A stretch of 41,657 bases of DNA, from contig DASYYD010000185.1 in the NCBI GenBank assembly GCA_035934195.1, positions 1-41,657 on the forward strand, written 5' to 3'. Source of the stretch: Stellaceae bacterium (lineage in GTDB: Bacteria > Pseudomonadota > Alphaproteobacteria > ATCC43930 > CGMCC-115725). The notes beneath the pieces are model-generated. The model was given only the letters and a program-made list of their open reading frames with translations. It was not told where the DNA came from and ran no database searches. Shown here one piece after another: positions 1 to 9,600 of this stretch (positions within the stretch are counted from its first letter, which is position 1; each line of letters begins with the position of its first letter). The position numbers and the translations under genes are program-made.

Positions 1-1
1 G

Positions 2-646
<645 letters not shown>

Positions 647-650
647 GCCG

Positions 651-1097
651 ATGACCGACCGCGTGCAGTTCGAGCTGGTCTCGCCCGAGCGCCTCATCCT
701 GTCGCAGCCGGTCGAGATGGTCGTGGTGCCCGGCACTGAAGGGAATTTCGGCGTCCTCCCCGGCCATGCGCCGCTGATCTCGACGATCCGCCCCGGCATG
801 ATCGAGATCTACGAGGGGCGCGAGGTGACGGCGCGCTTCTTCATCGTCGGCGGCATCGCCGAGGTGACGCCCGAGCGCTGCACCGTGCTGGCCGACGAAG
901 CGGCACCGCCCGAGACCCTCGACCGCGCGCAGATCGAAGCCGATCTGCACACCGTGCGCGGCAACCTGCCGCTGCTGCGCGAGGAGCTGGCGCGCGCCCA
1001 GGGTACCGAGCGCGAGCGGCTCCTTGCTGATCTGCGCCGCCTCGAGCGCGAGGAAGCCGTTTCCGCCGCCAAATTGCAGGCGCTCGGCCGAACGTAA
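651..1097 (+). CDS. atpC: F0F1 ATP synthase subunit epsilon
   Basis: ATG at 651. The N-terminus, FELVSPERLILSQPVEMVVVPGTEGNFGVLPGHAPLIS, is typical of the epsilon beta-sandwich, and the C-terminus is helical. The gene sits directly after atpD. Confidence 0.9.
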   Translation: MTDRVQFELVSPERLILSQPVEMVVVPGTEGNFGVLPGHAPLISTIRPGMIEIYEGREVTARFFIVGGIAEVTPERCTVLADEAAPPETLDRAQIEADLHTVRGNLPLLREELARAQGTERERLLADLRRLEREEAVSAAKLQALGRT

Positions 1098-1172
1098 AGT
1101 AGAAGCCGGGCGCTGACTGGTGCCGAAGGCTCGTGTATAACGCGAGCCGCCAAGGCGCCCGCAGGAGGCGGC

Positions 1173-1988
1173 ATGGGCTCGTGGACGCTCGGCGACATTC
1201 CGTGGGACCGTTTCGACGCGGGCCTCGTCGATCGCGACATCCTGGCGATCGTCAAGGCGGCGAGCCTGGTCGAAGGCAACGGCGCCGCCTATGCCCGGCA
1301 CCTATGCCTCGTCTTTGGCGATGATCGGGAGTTCCAGGAAAGCGCGCGCCGCTGGGGCGAGGAGGAGACCCGGCACGGCGAGGCGCTCGGCCGCTGGGCG
1401 GCGCTCGCCGACCCCGATTTCGACTTCCCCGCGGCGCTCGCACGCTTCCGCGCCGGCTATCGCATCGACTTCGACCGCGACACCTCGCGGCGCGGTTCGC
1501 GCTGCGGCGAGATGATCGCCCGCTGCATCGTCGAGACCGGCACCAGCTCCTATTACACCGCGCTCCACGAGGCCGCACGCGAGCCGGTGCTGAAGGCGGT
1601 CTGCCGGCACATCGCGGCCGACGAGCTGCGCCACTACAAGCTCTTCTACAAGACGCTGCAGCGCTACCGCGAACGCGAGGGGGTGGGACTCGGCGATCGC
1701 CTTGCGGTCGCCGCGCGGCGGCTCGCCGAGGCGAGCGACGACGAGCTCGCCTATGCCTATTACGCGGCCAACGACGGCGCCCGGCCCTATGACCGGCGGC
1801 ATTGCAGCCGCGCCTATGCGCGGCGGGCCTGGGCCGTCTATCGCCGCCACCATGTCGAGCGCGGCGTCGCGATGGTCTTCAAGGCCGTCGGGCTTGCCCC
1901 GCAGGGACGGCTGAGCCGGGCGGCGAGCGGGCTCCTGTGGCGCGCGATGCGCTGGCAACGCGACCGCCTCGCGCATATCGCGGCGTGA
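1173..1988 (+). CDS. Ferritin-fold di-iron protein resembling soluble acyl-ACP desaturases; substrate unknown
   Basis: ATG at 1173 is preceded by AGGAGG (1163-1168). Four-helix di-iron ligand pattern: E34, E65-x-x-H68 (WGEEETRHG, compare the desaturase motif EENRHG), E121, and E151-x-x-H154 (AADELRHY, compare ADEKRHE). Confidence 0.6.
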   Translation: MGSWTLGDIPWDRFDAGLVDRDILAIVKAASLVEGNGAAYARHLCLVFGDDREFQESARRWGEEETRHGEALGRWAALADPDFDFPAALARFRAGYRIDFDRDTSRRGSRCGEMIARCIVETGTSSYYTALHEAAREPVLKAVCRHIAADELRHYKLFYKTLQRYREREGVGLGDRLAVAARRLAEASDDELAYAYYAANDGARPYDRRHCSRAYARRAWAVYRRHHVERGVAMVFKAVGLAPQGRLSRAASGLLWRAMRWQRDRLAHIAA

Positions 1989-2004
1989 TCGCGCCGGCAC
2001 GCGC

Positions 2005-2883
2005 ATGATCCTCGTCTTCGGCTCGATCAACGTCGACATCGTCGTCCCGGTGCCGCATCTGCCGGCGCCCGGCGAAACCGTGCTCGGCGGCGACCGTGCG
2101 CTGCTGCCGGGCGGCAAGGGCGCCAACCAGGCGCTCGCCGCCCGCCGCGCCGGGGCCGCGGTCGCCTTTGCCGGATCGGTCGGCGCCGACGGCTTCGCGG
2201 CGCTGGCGCTCGACCCGTTGCGCCGCGCCGGGGTCGACACGAGCCTCGTGCGCGAGTGCGCCGCGCCGACCGGCTGCGCCGCAATCATGGTGTCGCCCGC
2301 GGGCGAGAACGCGATCGCGGTCGCGCCCGGCGCCAACGCGCTGGCGCGCGCCGCCGACGTGCCCGACAGCTCGCTCGGCGGCGACACGCTGCTGCTCGTT
2401 CAGATGGAGGTCCCGTTCCGCGAAACCGCGGCGCTCCTCCGCCGCGCCGGGGCCTGCGGCGGGCGCGTCGTCCTCAACCTCGCGCCGGCGCTCCCGATCG
2501 ATCTCGACCTGTTGTGCGACATCGATTTTCTCCTAGCCAACGAGCAGGAGGCATCCCGGCTCGGCGACGCCCCGCAGCTCGCCGCGCGAAGGCTGCGCGA
2601 GGGGCTCGTCGTGACGCTCGGGGCGAGGGGCGCGATCGCCTATCTGCGCGACGGGGGGCCGGCCGCCGTGCCGGCACTGCCGATCGCACCGATCGACACG
2701 ACGGGCTGCGGCGACACTTTCGCCGGCGTCTTCGCCGCCGGGATCGACGCCCGGTTGCCGCTCGGCTCGGCGCTGCGCCGGGCGAGCGCCGCCGCCGGGC
2801 TTGCCGCGCTCGGCCGCGGTGCCCAGGGCGTGATGCCCGATGCCGCGGCGACCGATGCCGCGCTGACGCGGCTCCCCGTCTAG
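2005..2883 (+). CDS. rbsK: PfkB-family carbohydrate kinase, probably ribokinase
   Basis: Motifs: GSINVD at the N-terminus, GGKGANQALAA, and the C-terminal DTTGCGDTFAGVFAAG (catalytic Asp and anion hole of the PfkB family). It starts 17 nt after the preceding gene. Confidence 0.8.
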   Translation: MILVFGSINVDIVVPVPHLPAPGETVLGGDRALLPGGKGANQALAARRAGAAVAFAGSVGADGFAALALDPLRRAGVDTSLVRECAAPTGCAAIMVSPAGENAIAVAPGANALARAADVPDSSLGGDTLLLVQMEVPFRETAALLRRAGACGGRVVLNLAPALPIDLDLLCDIDFLLANEQEASRLGDAPQLAARRLREGLVVTLGARGAIAYLRDGGPAAVPALPIAPIDTTGCGDTFAGVFAAGIDARLPLGSALRRASAAAGLAALGRGAQGVMPDAAATDAALTRLPV

Positions 2884-3380
2884 CCGGCGCGGCGCACGGC
2901 GCCGCAGCGCTCGCGGAATTCCGCGAGGACGTCACGGTAGAGCTGCCGCTTGAACGAGACGATCAGGTCGGGCAGGCGCTCGGGCGCAACCCAGCGCCAG
3001 GCGTCGAATTCCGGGTGCGGGGTCGCGAGGTCGATGTCCGCGTCGGCGCCGAGAAACCGCATCAGGAACCACTTCTGGCGCTGGCCGCGATAGCGCCCAT
3101 CCCACATCTTGGACGCGATCTCGGGCGGCAACTCGTAGGTCAGCCAGCCGCGGCTCTCGGCCAGCACCTCGGCCTTGTCGGTGCCGATCTCTTCCGCGAG
3201 TTCGCGCACTGCCGCCGCGCGCGGGTCCTCGCCGGGGTCGATGCCGCCCTGCGGCATCTGCCAGGCCTCGCCCTCGGGGATGTCGATGCGGCGGGCGACG
3301 AGGATTTCGCCCCGGCCGTTCATCAGCATGATGCCGACCGCCGGACGGTAGGCTTGCGTCGGCGCCGGCTCGCTGCTCAT
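2880..3380 (-). CDS. rppH: RNA pyrophosphohydrolase (Nudix hydrolase)
   Basis: ATG at 3380 (internal Met of the longer track ORF 2880..4142). Nudix box: GGIDPGEDPRAAAVRELAEEIG. Also shows the RppH-typical YRPAVGIMLMN start and WRWV motif. It overlaps the ctpA stop by 4 nt (ATGA). Confidence 0.9.
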   Translation of the reverse strand: MSSEPAPTQAYRPAVGIMLMNGRGEILVARRIDIPEGEAWQMPQGGIDPGEDPRAAAVRELAEEIGTDKAEVLAESRGWLTYELPPEIASKMWDGRYRGQRQKWFLMRFLGADADIDLATPHPEFDAWRWVAPERLPDLIVSFKRQLYRDVLAEFRERCGAVRRAG

Positions 3381-4714
3381 TGCTGCGCGCGCCGGGCTCC
3401 CAGCGTGGGTCCGCCTGTCGCGCTCGCCTCGTGCCGGTCGAACAGCGCGATGCCACGCAACACGTCGACCGCGCGGATCATCTGATAATCCTCGTCCGTC
3501 CCCATGATCGACGGATTGACCGCGGTCTCCGAAGGTCCGTTCGCCGGGCTCTTCGGCCCCGAGGTCTCGGCGACCTTCATGCCGCCCTTGCCGGCCGCCG
3601 GCGCGATCTTCGCCGCCGGCACGAGGATGTCGGGCTCGATCCCTTCGGCCTGGATCGATCGGCCCGATGGGGTGTAGTAGCGCGCCGTCGTCAGGCGCAT
3701 CGCGCCGTGCCCCGGCAGCGGGATGATCGTCTGCACCGATCCCTTGCCGAACGACCGGGTGCCGAGAAGGATCGCGCGGTGATGGTCCTTGAGCGCGCCG
3801 GCGACGATCTCGCTCGCCGAGGCCGAGCCGCCGTTGATCAGGACGACCATCGGCAGACCGCCCGAGATGTCGTTGCCCGGGCGGGCGTTGTAGCGCTGCG
3901 CGTCCTCGGCCCGGCGGCCGCGGGTCGAGACGATCTCGCCCTTGTCGAGAAACCCGTTGGCGACCGCGACCGCCTGGTCGAGGAGGCCCCCGGGGTTGTT
4001 GCGCAGGTCGACGATGATCCCGGAAAGCTTGCTGCCGGCTTTCTCCTTGAGCTTCTCCATCGCCTTCTTGAGGCCGCTGTCGGTCTGCTCGCTGAAGGCG
4101 GTGATGCGGATGTAGCCGATGTCGTCGCCGACCATGTGCCACTTGACCGACTGGATCTTGATGACCGCCCGCGTCAGCTCGACGTCGAACGACTTCTGCC
4201 CCTTGCGCTCGATCGTCAGCGTGATTTCGCTGTTGACGGGGCCGCGCATTTTCTGCACCGCCTGCGGCAAGGTCATCCCGTGCACCGGCTTGCCGTCGAT
4301 CTTGGTGATCAGGTCGCCCGGCTTCAGGCCGGCATGCGCCGCCGGCGTGTCGTCGATCGGCGAAACCACCTTGACGAGGCCGTTCTCCATCGAGACCTCG
4401 ATGCCGAGGCCGCCGAACTCGCCCCGGGTCTGCACCTTCATGTCGTTGAAGTCTTTGCGGTCGAGATAATTGGAATGCGGGTCGAGCGCCGTCAGCATGC
4501 CGTTGATCGCGGAGCCGATCAGCTTGTTGTCGCCGACCTTGTCGACATAGTCGGCGCGCACTTTTTCAAACACTTCGCCAAACAGGTTGAGCGCGTTGTA
4601 GGTGTCCGCCGAATTCGCGGCCGGCGTCGCGGGCGTCGCCGCGCCGGCCTGCGGCCGGGGCGCCAATGCCAAAACCGCCGCGGCGATTGCCGCCATCAGA
4701 CCGAAACGCCTCAT
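3377..4714 (-). CDS. ctpA: Carboxy-terminal processing peptidase, S41 family
   Basis: Has a signal-peptide-like N-terminus and a PDZ segment (GLGIEV...GLKPGDLITKIDG). Catalytic motifs: GGSASASEI (Ser) and TRSFGKGSVQ (Lys). Confidence 0.92.
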   Translation of the reverse strand: MRRFGLMAAIAAAVLALAPRPQAGAATPATPAANSADTYNALNLFGEVFEKVRADYVDKVGDNKLIGSAINGMLTALDPHSNYLDRKDFNDMKVQTRGEFGGLGIEVSMENGLVKVVSPIDDTPAAHAGLKPGDLITKIDGKPVHGMTLPQAVQKMRGPVNSEITLTIERKGQKSFDVELTRAVIKIQSVKWHMVGDDIGYIRITAFSEQTDSGLKKAMEKLKEKAGSKLSGIIVDLRNNPGGLLDQAVAVANGFLDKGEIVSTRGRRAEDAQRYNARPGNDISGGLPMVVLINGGSASASEIVAGALKDHHRAILLGTRSFGKGSVQTIIPLPGHGAMRLTTARYYTPSGRSIQAEGIEPDILVPAAKIAPAAGKGGMKVAETSGPKSPANGPSETAVNPSIMGTDEDYQMIRAVDVLRGIALFDRHEASATGGPTLGARRAQQ

Positions 4715-4874
4715 CCGTGCACCTTATCGATTTGCGGGCGCCCCCGGCTCGATCGAGCCTCTGTCCGATCCGGCGAGCGGACGGATGATATCCGCCGCAA
4801 GGCGGTCAGATCAAGGCAGGGTTTGCCGGCGATCCGCGGACCGGCGGAACCTTTGCGCGGCCGCCGGGCGGCAT

Positions 4875-5070
4875 GCTATCGTCCGCCCGCGATGCGACAG
4901 GGAAGTCCGGTGCAATGCCGGCGCTGCCCCCGCAACTGTAAGCGGCGAGTCCGCGGCATTCGGCCACTGGTTCGGGCTTGGGCCCCACCGGGAAGGCGCC
5001 GCGGGCGACGACCCCGAGCCAGGAGACCTCCGCATCGCCGTGATGAGGGACGATTCCTCGGGCGGAGGAG
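4875..5070 (+). promoter_or_regulatory. Cobalamin (B12) riboswitch in the 5' leader of the cobU operon
   Basis: Conserved core: AGGGAAgtcCGGTGcaAtgCCGgcGCTGCCCCCGCAACTGTAA (4899-4941). B12 box GCCACTG at 4963-4969, then GGGAAGGCG at 4990-4998. A closing helix pairs 4880-4891 with 5000-5010 (one bulge). CCTCCGC (5027-5033) is complementary to GCGGAGG (5062-5068), which covers the Shine-Dalgarno of cobU. Confidence 0.85.
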
Positions 5071-5079
5071 GGACCTGTA

Positions 5080-5631
5080 ATGTCGCGCGCGGGCTTTTCC
5101 GGCTCCGAACCGGCGCTTCCGACAGTGACCTTGGTGTTGGGCGGCGCCCGCTCGGGCAAGAGCGGCTATGCCGAGCGGCTCGTCGAAGATGCCGCCGCGG
5201 GCGGCGTCTATTGTGCGACCGGCGAGGCGAAGGACGCGGAGATGGCGCGGCGCATCGCCGCCCACCGCGCCCGCCGCGGCGCCTTCTGGCATACGGTCGA
5301 GGCGCCGCTCGCGCTCGCCCCGGCGATCGCCGCCGCCGGCGGCCGGGACACGCCCGTCCTCGTCGATTGCCTGACCTTGTGGCTCTCGAACCTGCTGCTC
5401 GCCGGCGAGCCCGTCGAGCCGCGGATCGAGGAGCTGTGCGCCACGCTCTCGCAAGTGCCGGGACCGGTCGTCCTCGTCGCCAACGAGGTCGGGATGGGGC
5501 TGGTGCCGGACACCCCGCTCGGCCGCCGCTTTCGCGATCTGGCCGGGATGCTCAACCTGCGCATCGCGGCCCTCGCCGGCCGCGTCGTCTTTGTCGCCGC
5601 CGGGCTGCCGCTCGTGCTCAAGGGCGGCTGA
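5080..5631 (+). CDS. cobU: Bifunctional adenosylcobinamide kinase / adenosylcobinamide-phosphate guanylyltransferase
   Basis: P-loop LVLGGARSGKSGYAE, followed by CATGEAKDAEMARRIAAHRARR, LVDCLTLWLSN and VANEVGMGLVP, all characteristic of CobU/CobP. Confidence 0.9.
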   Translation: MSRAGFSGSEPALPTVTLVLGGARSGKSGYAERLVEDAAAGGVYCATGEAKDAEMARRIAAHRARRGAFWHTVEAPLALAPAIAAAGGRDTPVLVDCLTLWLSNLLLAGEPVEPRIEELCATLSQVPGPVVLVANEVGMGLVPDTPLGRRFRDLAGMLNLRIAALAGRVVFVAAGLPLVLKGG

Positions 5632-5632
5632 C

Positions 5633-6628
5633 ATGCGCCGCGTCCCGGCAACCGTCATCACCGGCTTTCTCGGCGCCGGCAAGACGAGCCTCGTGCGCCA
5701 TCTCTTGGCGAATGCCGGCGGGCGCCGCCTCGCCGTCCTCGTCAACGAGTTCGGCGAGCTCGGTATCGACCGCGAGCTGCTCGTCGGCTGCGGCGACATC
5801 ACGTGCCGCGAGGAGGACATCGTCGAATTGGCGAACGGCTGCATCTGCTGCACGGTCGCAGAGGATTTTCTGCCGAGCCTCGGGCGGCTGCTCGATCGCC
5901 CGAACCCGCCCGAGCACATCCTGATCGAGACTTCCGGCCTCGCGCTGCCGAAGCCGCTGGTGCAGGCTTTCGCCTGGCCCGAGATCCGCGCCAGGACGAC
6001 GGTCGACGGTGTGCTGGCGGTGATCGACGCTGCAGCCGCTGCCGCCGGCGAATTCGTCCCGGCGGCGGCCGGCGCGGCGCACGACAACCCGGTCGAGGAA
6101 GTCTTCGCCGACCAGCTCGCCGCCGCCGACCTCGCGATCCTCAACAAATCGGATCTCCTCCCCCCCTCGCGCCTCGACGCATTGCGCCGCGAGATCGAGG
6201 CGGGGTTGCGCCCGGGGGTGCGGCTCCTGCTCGCGGAGGGCGGCAGGGTGCCGCCGGCGGTCGCGCTCGGGCTCGCCGCCGCGGCCGAGGACGATCTCGC
6301 CGCCCGCCCGTCCCGCCACGAACTGGAAGGCGAGCACGATCACGACGATTTCGAGAGCTTCGTCGTGGAGCTCGGACCCGTCGCCGACGAGACGGGGCTC
6401 TTCGCGCGTCTCTTCGCGGTGATCCGCGAAGAGACGGTATTGCGCGTCAAAGGCTTCCTCGACCGGCCTGGCCGTGAGCGGCGGCTCGCCGTGCAGGCGG
6501 TGGGCCTCCGGCTGCAATATTATTTCGATCGCCCGTGGCAGCCGGGCGAGACGCGCGCGAGCCGGCTCGTCGTCATCGGGTTGAAGGGCCTCGACCGCGA
6601 GCGGGTCGCGGCGGGGCTTGCCCTCTGA
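5633..6628 (+). CDS. cobW: Cobalamin biosynthesis GTPase / metallochaperone CobW
   Basis: Internal ATG at 5633, 1 nt after the cobU stop. P-loop GFLGAGKTS, metal motif GCICCT, and an acidic His-rich stretch HELEGEHDHDDFESF. It lies between cobU and cobN. Confidence 0.9.
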   Translation: MRRVPATVITGFLGAGKTSLVRHLLANAGGRRLAVLVNEFGELGIDRELLVGCGDITCREEDIVELANGCICCTVAEDFLPSLGRLLDRPNPPEHILIETSGLALPKPLVQAFAWPEIRARTTVDGVLAVIDAAAAAAGEFVPAAAGAAHDNPVEEVFADQLAAADLAILNKSDLLPPSRLDALRREIEAGLRPGVRLLLAEGGRVPPAVALGLAAAAEDDLAARPSRHELEGEHDHDDFESFVVELGPVADETGLFARLFAVIREETVLRVKGFLDRPGRERRLAVQAVGLRLQYYFDRPWQPGETRASRLVVIGLKGLDRERVAAGLAL

Positions 6629-9600
6629 TGCACCTGCTCGCGACCGAGCCGGGAACGATCGCCGACGGGTCGGCGGCGATCGACCTCGCGCAGACGCCGG
6701 CCGATCTCGTGGTGCTGTCGGCGGCCGACACCGAGCTGGCGCTCATCGCCGCGGCGCAGGCGCGCCGCGTTGCCGAGGCCCCGGGCGCGCCGAGCCTCAG
6801 GCTCGCTTCGGTCCTGCGCCTCCGCCACAATTTCTCGGTCGATCTCTACATGGAGACGGTGGCGTGCGCCCGCCTCGTCGTCGCGCGGCTGCTCGGCGGC
6901 AGCGGCTATTGGCCGTACGGCGTCGAGCGTCTCGCCGAAACCTGCCGGCGAGCCGGCATCCCGCTGGCGCTGCTGCCCGGCGACGACAAGCCCGACCCCG
7001 AACTCTTCGCGCTTTCGACCTTGCCGCAGGATGCCGCAGACCGGCTGTGGCGCTATCTCGTCGAAGGGGGGCCCACGAACGCTGGAAATTTTCTTCGCTA
7101 TGCCGCTGCGCTGATCGGGCATGAGACGGCATGGGCCGAGCCCGCGCCGCTCTTGCGCGCCGGCTTTTATTGGCCGGGCCGGAGAGTGGCGGCGCTCGCC
7201 GACATCGCCGCGCAGTGGCGGGGCGAGGGGGCGGTCGCGGCGGTCGTCTTTTATCGGGCGCTCGTGCAGTCGGGCAACACCGCGCCCGTCGATGCGCTCG
7301 TCGAGGCGCTTTCGGCGCGGGGGCTCAAACCATTGCCGATCTTTGTGCAGAGCCTCAAGGAGGGCGAGGCGCGCGCGCTTCTGGAGGAAGCCTTTCGCGC
7401 CGCGCCGCCCTCGGTGATCCTCAACGCAACCGGCTTTTCGGTGCGTGCGGGCGGCGCCGCCGACCCGCTCGCCGCCGCCGATTGCCCGGTCCTGCAGGCC
7501 GTCTTCTCGGGCGGCGACGAGGCGGCTTGGCGCCAAGGCACGCGAGGGCTCAACCCTCGCGATCTGGCGATGAACGTGGTGCTGCCCGAAATCGACGGCC
7601 GCATCCTCGCGCGCGCCGTCTCGTTCAAGGCGCCGCTCGGCCGCGACCCGTTGACCGAGGCCGATCTCGTCGGCTGGCGGCCGGTCGCCGACCGGGTCGC
7701 CTTTGTCGCCGATCTGGCGCGCAATTGGACGCGCCTGCGCTCGAAAGGCGTGGGCGAGCGGCGCCTCGCGATCATCCTCGCCAACTATCCGAACCGCGAC
7801 GGGCGGATCGGCAACGGCGTCGGCCTCGACACGCCGGCTTCCGCGCTCGCGATCCTGCGCGCGCTCGCGGCGGCCGGCTACCGCCTCGGGCCCTTTCCCG
7901 ACAGCCCGCAGGAATTGATCGAACGCCTGCTCGCCGGCCCGACCAATGCGCGGCCTTCGGCGCCGTATGAGGAGGCCCTCTCCTTCGCCCAGTATTCGGC
8001 CTTCTTCGGAACGCTTCCCGCGGCAGTGCAAACCGCCGTGACGGCGCGCTGGGGCGCCGCCGAACGCGATCCGTTCTTCCGCCCCGGCTCGGTCGATTGC
8101 GGCCGCTTCGCGCTTCCCGGCTTCTCTATCGGCAACGTCGCCGTGCTGGTCCAGCCGGCGCGCGGCTACAACATCGACCCGCAGGGGAGCTATCACGACC
8201 CGGCCCTGGTGCCGCCGCATTCCTATTTCGCCGCCTACGCCTGGCTCTTCGAGGATTTCCGCGCCGACGCGATCGTCCATCTCGGCAAGCACGGCACGCT
8301 CGAATGGCTGCCGGGAAAGGCGCTCGCCCTCTCGGCCGAATGCTTCCCCGAATCGGCCTTCGCGCCGCTGCCGCATCTCTACCCGTTCATCGTCAACGAT
8401 CCGGGCGAGGGCAGCCAGGCGAAGCGGCGCACGGCGGCCGTCATCATCGACCATCTGACGCCGCCTCTGACGCGCGCCGGGAGCTACGGCGCGCTCGCCG
8501 AATTGGAGCGGCTGATCGACGAATTCAGCGAGGCGCGCCGCCAGGATCCGCGGCGGGTCGAGCCGCTCGCCGCCGCCATCATCGAACGGGCGCGCACGGC
8601 CGGCATCGACCGCGACTGCGGCATCGCCGACGGCGAGGACCGCGAGGCGGCGCTCTCGAAGCTCGACGGGTTTCTCTGCGAGTTGAAGGAATTGCAGATC
8701 CGCGACGGGCTCCATGTTTTCGGCACGAGCCCCGACGGCGCGCGGCTCGACGCGCTGCTCGTCGCCATCGCCCGCGCCGAGCGCGGTACGAGGCCGCAGG
8801 ATGCCTCGCTCACCCGCGCGCTCGCCGAGGATCTCGGCCTGGCCCCCGGCGACGACATCGAGCGGCCCGAGGATTTGGCGTTGCGCCTCGTCGCGCGAGA
8901 AATCGTGCCGAGACCCGAATGGCGAAAAAGCCGCTCTGTCCTCGACTGGATCGAGGGCGTGCTCCGCCCCGCCGTCGCGGACAGCGGCGCGGCCGAGACC
9001 GCGGCGCTCCTCGCGGGCCTCGACGGCCGCTTCGTCGCCCCCGGCCCGGCCGGGGCGCCGAGCCGCGGCCGGCCCGACGTATTGCCGACCGGCCGCAATT
9101 TTCATTCGCTCGACACCCGCGCCGTGCCGACCGAAGCGGCCTGGCAATTGGGATGGAAATCGGCCTCTCTGCTCGTCGAGCGCTACGCCCAGGAGCATGG
9201 GGAATACCCGTTGCGCGTCGCGCTCTCGGCCTGGGGCACGGCGAATATGCGGACGGGCGGCGACGACATCGCGCAGGCTTTGGCGCTCCTGGGCGTGCGC
9301 CCGCTATGGGAGCGCGCCAGCGGCCGGGTCACCGGTTTCGAGATCCTGCCCGCCTCGGTTCTCGACCGGCCGCGCGTCGATGTGACGTTGCGCGTCTCGG
9401 GCTTCTTCCGCGACGCCTTTCCGGGGCTCATCGACCTCTTCGATTCGGCGGCCCGCGCCGTCGCGGCGCTCGCCGAGCCGCCGGACGTGAACCCGCTCGC
9501 CGCGCGCGTCGCCGAGGATGCGCGCGCCCTCGAAGCGGCCGGCGTGGCGCCCGGGGAGGCAAGGTTGCGCGCCGGCTACCGCGTCTTCGGCTCGCGCCCC

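Noticed and set aside
1128-1148. Hairpin after atpC (stem ggctcgtg / cgcgagcc, loop tataa), considered as the atp operon terminator.
   Set aside because: The 8-bp stem includes a wobble pair and is not followed by a U-tract. It is too weak to call as an intrinsic terminator.
4851-4880. Candidate promoter CTTTGC-N18-GCTATC for the riboswitch transcript.
   Set aside because: Its -10 element would abut the 5' strand of the aptamer closing helix (4880-4891). The transcript would then start inside the helix, so the real promoter is probably further upstream.
6520-9198. An 892-aa ORF antisense to cobN. Similar long antisense ORFs include 3380..5080(+), 4876..6147(-), 10709..12616(-), 13373..14758(-), 17052..18620(-), 20619..23279(+), 21019..23175(-), 23270..24724(+), 28241..29524(-), 29050..30912(+), 31039..33360(+), 33485..35227(+) and 36025..37716(+).
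   Set aside because: Each lies opposite a gene with strong family motifs. Their translations are low-complexity and rich in Arg, Ala, Gly and Pro, with no recognisable motifs. Stop codons are rare in antisense frames of very GC-rich DNA, so these are compositional artefacts.
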